From the NCBI GenBank assembly GCA_002633005.1, contig NMRA01000057.1, positions 493,567 to 557,566 of the forward strand: a stretch of 64,000 bases of DNA. The letters are read 5' to 3'. Position 1 is the first letter of the stretch. The number at the start of each line of letters is the position of its first letter. The position numbers and the translations under genes were made by a program. Positions 53,930 to 64,000 of this stretch are shown here, in pieces. The stretch comes from Phoronis australis (Eukaryota; Animalia; Phoronida). Under the pieces are notes generated by a model. The model did no database searches. It had not been told where the DNA came from and saw nothing but the letters and a program-made list of their open reading frames with translations.

Positions 53930-54302
53930 GACACTCGAGACTGAGGTCAAGTCAAAGGTTACACGTACATATGACATCCGAGACTGAACTAGTAAAAGGC
54001 TACACGTACATATAACATCAGAAACTGAGCTAGTCAAAGATTATATGTACATATGCCATCCGAGATTGAGCTAGTAAAAGGCTACATATAGGTATGACGC
54101 CGAAGACTGAGCTAGTCAAAGGTAACACGTACATACTGAGACTGAGTAAGTCAAAGTTTACATGTAGCCTACATATGGCACCGGAGATTGAACTAGTCAA
54201 AGGCTACACGTACATATATGATATCCGAGATTGAGCCAGTCAAAGGCTATGGCGCACATACGACACCGGTGACTGCGCTAGTCAAAGGCCACAGGTACAT
54301 AT
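53930..54302. repeat. Diverged minisatellite, ~41-bp unit x9
   Basis: Consensus ccgagactgagctagtcaaaggctacacgtacatatgacat. Confidence 0.9.
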
Positions 54303-54382
54303 AATACTCTGTATTTGGAACTATATACATCCCCACCTACTCCACACTTCTAAATAAATGGAAGTCAGTAAACTTGAGCTGT

Positions 54383-54410
54383 CACCACCACCACCACCAC
54401 CACCACCACA
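54383..54410. repeat. (CCA)n microsatellite
   Basis: About nine tandem cac/cca units. Confidence 0.85.
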
Positions 54411-55629
54411 TAAACATGGACCCCTAAATCATTTTCTAACTGCTTACTTGGGTATAACTTTCTGTTTTTCCAGAACCAGTTTTCTCAGTCACAGAATTTT
54501 CAGCTATAATACCTCTTCCATGAGTGTTCCATGGTCGCGGAAATGATATCAGCATTTTCCAGATTTCCTCAAAATCTTTCCAATGGACAACATGGCAGAA
54601 ACTCCCAACTCTGAAGCCTGTCCCAAACTGCCATATTCATCACCTAATCTGTCGGGAGTCATAGCCCCAACTAACAGGTTATACTGCAAAGAACCTTGAT
54701 GACTGAATAAACCCTGATTGTGAGACAACAATGACCACTTGTATGAGGTGTGGCAACAGGGTATCAGGCAACTTGACTTCCTGAGTGACTAATTATTCTC
54801 TATCCAATCAAACGTCCATTGTGTATCCATTTTCTGAGGAGTAGTGATGTGACAAATGCCTTGCAGTTGTTGAGCAGCAGCTGTATTCTGTCATGGATCT
54901 AACAGTGCGAGATGTTTTTCAGCATTTTCATATAATTTTATTCTCTGTGACCATCATGTCTTAAAATCACCACTGTACGTCTGGTTACATATTTTACGAT
55001 TCACACAATAAAGCCTCTCACAAAATGCATAATATTCCCTGAGTTTTAGGTGGAATATCCCTAGTCAAGCACTTTATAAAGTGAAGCTGTTGACCCTGCT
55101 GCTAACTAAGGTTACTGTAGTCACAAAATGGCAGGCTCCAAGTAGTTGCAAGTAAACCGAAAAATTTCTGTGACTGGTGTTATTCCTAAAATAATCAATA
55201 AATTCCAGCTAGATGTGCAAAATATCCATGTACTAAAATAAAAACGCTTCAATTGGATATTCAATAATTAAGTTGCTTTTCGATGAAGGCCAGCTTATTT
55301 GATTATCAGTTTATGCTAATAATAGTCTACACAGAACCACAGACATTCTCTTGCTTGCTTCAATAAGCAGCCAATGCTTTTCTGTTTGGACTACCCTTTC
55401 TTACTCATAGTTCAAGAAGTGAAAATGGGCTCAGGTTACCGACCTTAGTTAATATTGTTCTAGTTTGATGATTCATCTCCAGGAAACTCTTGGCTGACCA
55501 TTAAGGAAATCGAACAGGAAATAATTGTGATAATTAGGAAATCATTAGGAATGAATTAGTTTATCTCCCTCTCACAATGGAGTTTTTTTACAATGTCGGA
55601 ATCAGTTAGTTCATCTACATGTAACAATG

Positions 55630-58600
55630 TCACACACTAGACTGCGAGAGCTTGTATAATTTCACAGCACAATCTTCCAGCCTATCTCTGTATTCCAACT
55701 TTGCATAGTTGCACTCTGGTACCCCACTTAGGCCATAGATGGCGCCAAACCAGGCAGCAGCAATGACACCAGTACTGTCACTGTCCCCGCAGTGGAACAT
55801 GGATCGACTGCATAACTCTTCCCATGAATCACCAGCGCCTAGCAACGCATCATACCTGCGCAAATCACAACATGAATTACTGCGAGACTGATAGACGTTC
55901 CAAGTTTGAAGTGCAAATGGACATGGAAAGCGACTGATCAGCAGTCTGAAGTACCAACTGTCTGCCCATATGTAGACTATAGTTAAATGGTGAGAACTGA
56001 CATTATTGTGAAGTTAGCAATCGACTGCAATTTATTTTTTTGTGACACACCCCAGGTCTGAGGCACTAAATTGAAATGCACTGTGCAGGTGATCGTCTGC
56101 TCACAGTAAACTGGCTGTATTGTATAGTTGATACATGTTCACTGACATCTATGTTAAATTGAACGTGTTAGTGCTTGCACTGAAGTGATCCAATCTCTAC
56201 TCATTGCATATCACACAGCATGAATTCGAAACCATGGAACAGTTGTCTGAATGCAACCAAAATAATTTGCACACACGAAGTCTGAAGTAAGAAAAAACAG
56301 CAGAGAGATGGTTTTTATGCATAGAAGTAACCGCTTCTCATCTAATTTACCAAGAACCTGAAAATTTGTTTAATTGTCATGAATAAAAGAAAAATGTCTA
56401 CAAATCATATTATATTCAATAATTCTTACGCAATTATTGCAGAGTCAACACCACAGGCACCTGGCCATTTTGAAGGGTTAACAGCCACAGAAGTGTAGAA
56501 CTCATCACGCTCCTCTATGCCAAACTTTTCTGGAAACTTTGGCTGACTCTGTCCATCACTAATACATCGAGCTTGAAGATACTGTTCCCAAGGGCCCGTG
56601 AACTTTGACCTGAAACAGACATTACCTTACTTTCTAATTGGTTGACAGAGAAAGCAGGCCAGGTGAACAGAAATGTGTCATGTCAAGGGAACCAGAAATA
56701 CTGCTGACTTACAAAATTATGACTTTTTGTACACGAGCAAATTAAATTACAAAACAAGAGGAAGGTAGAGTGTTGCTATGTGCCCAAATTGTGCATCGAA
56801 ACTAGCAAATTAAGATACAATTAAGAATGAGCACTATTATAAATGGCTAATAGAAAAGTACCAATTATAGTAGCAATGCAGTTAAATTCTAGAGGGAAAT
56901 GAGGTTAGCCATGCAGCCTACAAAAAACATATCTAGCAAATTGCATGTCAATCGTCATGCAATTGGTAAATACAGACCGAGGTTGATGTCAGAAAACAGA
57001 TGTCACATGCTGTGTCACAAATGGTCACAGCACAGGTTGGAATCATTGCTTTGTGAAAGGTTCCATTCTCATTAAGATATTAACACACCTGGCAAACTAA
57101 ATGAAGCTTCATTAATGAACAAGAAACATGGTAGATATTGAGGTAGGCACAAAGAATACTAAAAATTGCCACTAGGGGGCACATCAGTGCTCAAGTCTGT
57201 TCAAAAATCAATAAGTAATGCCATCCACACACAACAAATTTCATGAAAATTTTCTATGCGGTTGTGTGGCATATGTCAAAAACGGAAAAATAATCAAATT
57301 GCCGCCATTGCTACAAGAGGGTGCAGAACATGTGACGTCGGTCAAAAAACGTAGCTACCGTCTTCATCATGGTACAAACAGACCAGTCCTGCCAAACTCC
57401 ATGAAGAATTTGGAAGATACGGAGGTAGATGCAAACAAACCCAAAACTGCCACAAGGAGTGGACATCAAGCAATGGAACCAAAACATTTTAAAATTTTGT
57501 CAAAGGGGAACAGGTAATACCAGATCTATCCAAAAAAGGCTACGAGTCGCCCTCTCCTTACTATAAAAATATTTTGCCAATGAAATTTGATTTTAAAAAA
57601 TCAAGGAACTTGTCGAGATAAACTAAGATAGGCAGCACTACTCATAGTAATCCAAAAATATGTGTGACTGTGCTGTTTTCTATACAAAAGAAGCAATTTG
57701 TCTGCAAATCTCAGAAAAATCCCTTCAAAGCTGGATGAGGAAGATAGCAGGTGCAAGGTATTTAAACAGAGGTGATGGTAATATACACCCACTGCACTAT
57801 ATATAGATAAATAATGAAAAAAATAATAACAACGTTTGACTTACCAATCATTTTTGCTTTTTTCATAACAATGGTCTGTACTTTGAATATAATCTAATGA
57901 TTTTGGGAGAACTTTGAGTAGACGACATCCCCATTCTATGATAGGAATACCTAGAAACAAAATAAGAATTAAAATGAAGTAAAATGCACAGACACCTTTT
58001 TGCAATTCACACTATGAAGCAAAGATAACAAAGGTTGCAACATTTAACAACTTCAGTACAACACTTATGCCATAAAGGACAACATGAGAGGAAAAAGAAG
58101 ACAATTGGAAACAAATCTTGACTTGTGCTCCAATGAATTTCCCACATGATAACAGGCTTTAGCCAGTAATGGAGCAATTAAAGGTGGACATAGAATAGAT
58201 ATTAAACTTTGTTTGTTCACATTACAGCCGAATTAGACCATTAAGCCTAAGCCAAGCTATCATGCTTTATACCCGCAGTGAGCTACAGAGTTGGAATTTG
58301 GTGCCAACTTTGACAAAACCAGCGGCAAACCGCAGCCGTCAAATCCATTATGGTGAATTGGAGGTCGTTAAGGCAACCTAGACCCACCATAGTGACCACC
58401 TGGTGAAGCTGTGTCATTAGATTGATACAGAATTAATGGCCATAATGGCTAATAAGAAGTGATCCATACAGGCAACTGGGAGTAACTGTATGCAAAAATG
58501 AACAAAATTTTGTCTGTCTGTAACTGATCTGAATTGTTGAAAGCATTGTCACAGTTGTCTGAGTTCCCACCAATAAAACACTGTCTACAGATGAGCTAAG

Positions 58601-61600
58601 TTTTAAAATCATGAACAACCTGGACATATTGGGCTCCGTATCCCGAAAATTTGGCTTCACAGAACCAGTTCTACTCCCTTTATAAGGCTAACTGGCAACC
58701 TTTCTGTGCTACATAATGCAAAGCGCGATAACATCACATAATACCCAGCCTGTAAGAACTAGAATACAGTGGCCCAACTGAAACAAATTAACCTGCTCCA
58801 ACAGAGGACTGTCTCTGAACAGATTCCGTCAGCTTTAACATTATGTACTTCACAAATGGTTCCATTCAGATGAGAAAGCAGTATTACCATAAATTCTCTG
58901 AGGACTCAGTGTGGCCTAGAGGGATAATGTCTGCTTTCTTTACTCAAGGCGGTAAGTTCCAATTCCACTAGGGCGCACTGCTAGGCCCTTGAGTAATGTC
59001 TCTAGCTCCTCAGCTCAATTTCAACAATATATATCTAATAAACCATAAAATGGTTCTAGGTGGTCAGTGCAATTGGCGCACCTGAGCGGTCTGCACACGT
59101 CTGGTACATCATGTACTGCAATTATTTTAGTACATTCTCTGCCTTTCCTTATCATTTGAATCAAGACAACTTTTGTAAAATGTAGCGACATGTTTTGGCG
59201 GTAAAACATCCAAAACATGCAAAAATACCAGAACAGGATTGGTTTGCAATCAGCGAACCACAGCTCAGTGCAACAGTGTCAACGACTTAATATGGGAAAC
59301 TTGTGCACTGATTGAGGGCATTTCTGAAGACCAAATGTGAATGGATTCATGCAGTTTCAAGCAATAGCGATTAGTATCACTGTCAATGATCATACAGCTG
59401 TGTTACCTAGCAGCCTCTTCTGGTATTTTTACACGTTTTGGAATTTTCTGTCTATTGTACCTGTAGCCATCTTGACATCCATTCTCTGAATAAAGCTTGA
59501 CAATGGTGAATGTTTTACCACCGAAATATGTCGCTATATTTTAGAAAAGTTGTTGTCTTTATTCAAACTTTTCTCGTGTTTGTCAGTTTGAGATCTTTCG
59601 TTATCATTTAAAGTAGAGCTGTGTGAAGACTTGGAGCCACTAGGATCCCAGTGGTCATCCAGTAAGTACATTGAGTAACAAGGGTCTAACAAATGCCTTT
59701 CATTCAATGAAACTTACCTTGAACAGCGTAGGAGGTGAACAGTGCAGTAGCGACTGAACCCAAGAATCCCATTGGCTGGTTGTGCGTCATTCGTCCACTT
59801 TCTGTAGCCACGGCAACCAAGTGATCAATGTCCTCAGATCTGAGAAGTGTAAAGCAAGATCACATGCATTATAAGAAAAACATGCATGGGGTCACAATAA
59901 ACTTTTCTCGTGAATGTAATGGGCTTAAGGGAAACAGCTTAGTTTGACATAAGCTACACACAGCTGCCATCTCCAAAACCTTACTTTCAGTTCATGTTTT
60001 GGAGTGGAACCGTTATATCCTTATTTGTTAATGTGACATTACAGTAAAAGAGTTCCATATTAGAGGTCATGATATTTAAAATTAATATCAAAACTCCGCA
60101 TTGCATGAAAGCTTTAAAATTTTTAGTAAAAACTGTAAGACACGATTAGTCTTCAAAAAAACTCATGCCTTCAACCATTGAAGCAAACAAATTTTACAAT
60201 CAATGCGAGAGCTGCACCATGATAACCAAACTGATCCACCTGAGCACGATGACTCACTTCTGGGATAATTCATGAGCAGCCAGTTTTGGAAATTGTTCAT
60301 TAAGTCTCCTTTATTATTAGCAATGAAAGTTGACATGACGTCTGCTCACCTGGGATACCGTAGCCCTATACACATGGCCCTCATGGCAGCACCACATCCG
60401 GCTCCCCTGCAAGGAACATTTGGTAAAAGTCCCTATCTCGTCTGATTAGCTTCCGAACTGCAGCAAAACTTACACACTAAAAAATTGGAATTTATCCCAT
60501 ATTTTACGCTTTATTCGTATAAAACAATTGAAGCTCAGGAAGTTTCCCAGTTGATCCCACAGTAAATGATCTGAATAATAAATACCTCCGAGGGCATAAT
60601 GGACGGTGATGGTTGGTTTATGGTATGACAGACAGACTCAATTTGTGTAAAGATCCCATAGTACATCAAAAGAAATACCAAAATTGATCTTAATTTTATA
60701 TTTTTTTGTTTTTGAAAAGTTTCTAATATTCTTTCAAATGACTTTGTCCACAATTTCTCAGAAACATTGTCTGAAGGTACCTATGGCGTAGACCTTTAAA
60801 ATGGTACAGCATTTATTAGGTGCTACCTATCTTATTAAAAAATGAAAACATAAAATTTCACCATATTGTGTCCTAATTTGGTGAGATTTTGCCGTACGTG
60901 CACTTTTAATTCTGTTGAGAGTGTTCATGTGTTCAGTTCCCGTTCATGAAACCCACTTTTCTAGGTCACTTTGGCATCAAATCTAACACCAACTAAGTTA
61001 AATTGGTAAAGAATTCATAAAAAATGTCATCGGTAAACGACATTGTGGATTCATTCTCAGAGGGCAAATATCACAGTTCACTCGACAGCGGTTTAAGACC
61101 TCTAAAACCACTGAAAACCTACAACAAATTACCTCTAGTCTTTTCGCCCATGGGGCATACATCACACTATCCCTCCAGAGACCGGGGACTCGCTCCACAA
61201 AGAGATCAAAAAGCGCATAATAAATTTTTCAGTCCACAATTTTTCAGCTTCGCAGGATATGAGGCTTGTGGTTTTGCATGAAGTGAGATTCCCATTAGCG
61301 TAATTGCGTGGTTTGATGTTCACCACGGCGTATCAAGTAACACAGCCGCTAACAGTAATATTCCTGCTAAATTTGACACACAGGAGTAAAGCAGTATTCC
61401 TAGCATAAAAATGCAAGTAAGAATTCCGCTAATGGAGAATAGCAAGTTTCTGAGTATTTATGCGGTAATCATGAGCATGTGAATGGCTCTACAAGGTACA
61501 TCTACAGGGTACATCACCAACCATGGATTGTATGGACGTCTAAACCCAAGTTCCTTTGTTGAATCCAATTCGCTGGCAGCAAACAAACAGGTATTGCCTA

Positions 61601-63064
61601 GAAAACATTGTTGATAACAGCTATTGGACCTGGACAAACTAATCGACTTCTAAAACATGATTATAGTAAAATATTAAAGATATTTTGAATGCTACATCAG
61701 TGCATAAAATTCCAATTTCAAAACAAGACGAAATAAAAAGCAGTTTATTAACTGTAGCCAAAACTTACACTGAGCTTCATTTTGGCCACAGTATAACCAT
61801 AAAAAACAAGTAGTGTTAGCCTTTTATTGCATTATCGCAAACTCCATTTTTGTGACACAAAACAAAACATTCAACATTTACGATTGTGTGAAACAAGATG
61901 TTCCCAAGTAAAAGTCATATTATTGAATCATTAGTCAATATTTAAGAATTAAAACTGCTTCAAAAACTTTGCAAATACCTTGAAATCGGTTATGCATTGT
62001 TTTCTTGGAACAAAGTCAATTTGACCTGATGCACAATGTACAAGGCAAATGGGTGCATGAGAAGAAAGCGAGTGTGTCTTATTCAAAACTGATCAAATTC
62101 TCTGTAGTGTGCTCATAACTTCACAAGGAAGCAGCTTATACAGAAAGGACCAAGACTGCTCAATACAGTATCGAAGCTTGTACAAATTTCACAGCATTCT
62201 CTAGGGGTATTAAAATGACTGACGCAAGGTGTACACAAGTCAAGTAGCCCATCAGGGAAGGGACAACAGTTTTCCTCACTAAGAGCTACATTGTATTTCC
62301 CAATCATTACTGTGTGCTTACCAGATGGGAATCCAATGGGCACATACCACAGTGCATTGACTTTTATGAGGGACTTCTTTTATCTGGGTATTAGGGGTCA
62401 GGGATATGTGTGGGAAAATCGATGTAAGTTTCTAAAAGAATATAGATTTATTAGTTTTTCTCATCAAGCAAGTAGCTTTTTGTTGGCCTACCTGGTGCCC
62501 GGCCACTCATGTCATGAACACAGTCAATGTACTTCTGTGCAAGAAGTGAGTACAGGTTGTTATTAGGCTCATCGGGACCGTGGGAAATCAGAGCTGGAAA
62601 CAAGAGATGAAAGAGTGCTTACCATTTCTGTTCATCAAAACTTATCTTGTACATGGACTGACTGTACATAAGTATTCTAGTGTCAGTAGGTCAAAGACAA
62701 TTATTTGCGCAGCAAAAATTAGTGGTTTTTACAACTTTGCATATGCATACCAACGGATGTTTTCGTGGTTCATATTGAGAACAAACTTATAAGGGGAGAA
62801 TTATCCGTGGCTGGTTTCGAAAATTTCACTTGCTTTGAAAATATGCACATGCTGCCAAATTGTTTCAATTTTAATTTTGTTTTTAACCTGGGTAGCTTCT
62901 TGGGTTTGCTTAAAATTGAGAAGTCAGAACCAAAAATATGCGCATAAGATTGAAATTTAAGTTCAAACCTCAGTCTTAATAGTTTTGGCCCTGAATTTAA
63001 GATTGCTTACCTTCAGCAGTGGCCAGATGCATGACAGTGTCGTCACTGACTCTCCACCCAGGCA
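55630..63064 (-). CDS. ADPRH: ADP-ribosylhydrolase ARH1/ADPRH-like, 5'-partial (N-terminal exon(s) beyond the window)
   Basis: Exons 63064-63011, 62593-62492, 61597-61522, 60406-60350, 59839-59718, 57950-57845, 56609-56430, 55855-55630, phase-consistent. Motifs [79 protein letters not shown]. Confidence 0.93.
58901..59020 (+). mobile_element. Degenerate tRNA-derived SINE
   Basis: A-box-like gtggcctagaggg, B-box-like agttccaattcc, and a core-like ggcccttgagtaatgtctct. Confidence 0.4.
59155..59567. mobile_element. Foldback element in an ADPRH intron
   Basis: Left tttgaatcaagacaacttttgtaaaatgtagcgacatgttttggcggtaaaacat; right (revcomp) tttgaataaagacaacaacttttctaaaatatagcgacatatttcggtggtaaaacat; inner pair aaaaataccagaa/ttctggtattttt. 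Confidence 0.75.
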
Positions 63065-63115
63065 CTAATACAAGAGAAACAGAATTACATGACAAAGGCA
63101 ACCAATGGCGGTTAA

Positions 63116-63382
63116 AGTCGCTTTCCCACTGGGAGAAAAAAATTTCGCTTTTACCAAAGTTTTGACAAGTGGGAAACGTTAACTCAGGTAGTTAATCTGC
63201 AAGCAAAACTTCACTTAAAGTAGCAGGATTTAAAGGCGAAGCTTTGGTACTCACCAAAACTTCAGTTTAGAGGGAATAGTCAAAACGAAGCTTCATTCTC
63301 GATATGGCTGTTTAGTCAGAAAGGTAAGCGAAGTTTCAGTGAAGCTTCGGTAAACCGAAGTTCCCCTAATGGGAAAGCGACC
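63116..63382. mobile_element. PIF/Harbinger-type MITE with TAA TSD
   Basis: TAA|agtcgctttccca ... tgggaaagcgacc|TAA; similarity extends into the subterminal sequence. Confidence 0.75.
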
Positions 63383-64000
63383 TAAAACACCCCTTTTGGA
63401 CAAAGCTTATTACTAGAAATGCACTTTCCTCACTTGCACAGACTTTGTCAATTGACCACAATTTTTCAAAACATTGTCTGATAGTAGCTTAGATGACCAT
63501 GAAGATCAAGACCAATAAAATGGCACTAGACATATTTTATGGGAACATTTACTATAGATAACAAAAATTTGTAATTTGTCCGCGACATTTTGCTCAAAAC
63601 AAGTGGGAATTTTACGCATCAATTGTCACTTAGACATTATCGAAATTCCAGTACATCAAAACTCTATCCCAAATCCCTTGCACCTTCCAATAACTCCTCT
63701 CTGGTAGCACTGACATTGGAGATACCGCTAGTTTTAGGAATTGAACACTCGATGGCATAGTTGAATTGCAGTATTGATTGAATGTACATAGACATGTACC
63801 ACATGTCCAGATTACTCTAGTCAGAGTGGAGTTCATTGCCTTGTGCAGTGCAGGGGAGTTGTGCTACTTCAATCCACTTAGTTTTAAAGGAGTTGCGATT
63901 AATTGTTTAAGACCAGGATTTACACTTTCCTGTAAACTGAAATTCTGCAAAACAGGATAGTAGTGGTGTTAGCGGGAAAGTAACCAAATTGACCAATGAG

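Noticed and set aside
53930-54302. CRISPR-like array
   Set aside because: Units are contiguous and homologous throughout, with no unique spacers, no cas genes and a eukaryotic context.
57167-57182. CTCF-like motif TGCCACTAGGGGGCAC
   Set aside because: A single short match in repeat-like intronic sequence; function cannot be supported.
61024-61281. 85-aa ORF antisense within an ADPRH intron
   Set aside because: No recognisable domain or splice context; possibly a transposon scrap.

Overview
AT-rich animal genomic DNA with GT-AG introns, probably from a protostome or lophotrochozoan (inferred from gene content). I assembled five protein-coding genes by hand with consistent splice phases: (1) a 247-aa type-I membrane protein with two sushi/CCP domains (+, 7393-12514); (2) a 350-aa secreted, probably GPI-anchored homologue of coral skeletal aspartic-acid-rich proteins (SAARP/CARP4-like) with a poly-Asp plus Gly/Asn tail (+, 15451-27741); (3) cathepsin L (-, 31321-34785); (4) a 1312-aa protein from one coding exon with three SKI/DACH-like globular modules (-, 39227-43165); (5) the 3' eight exons of an ARH1/ADPRH-like ADP-ribosylhydrolase with a divergent adenosine-binding loop (-, 55630-63064). 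Intergenic and intronic DNA holds a Penelope-like relic with a minimal hammerhead motif, an L1/Tx1 fragment, a THAP-carrying Kolobok-like element, a deleted Gypsy provirus with a TSD, two back-to-back Polinton/Maverick relics, many MITEs and foldbacks, tRNA-derived SINEs and tandem repeats. Family assignments rest on remembered motifs, not database searches.
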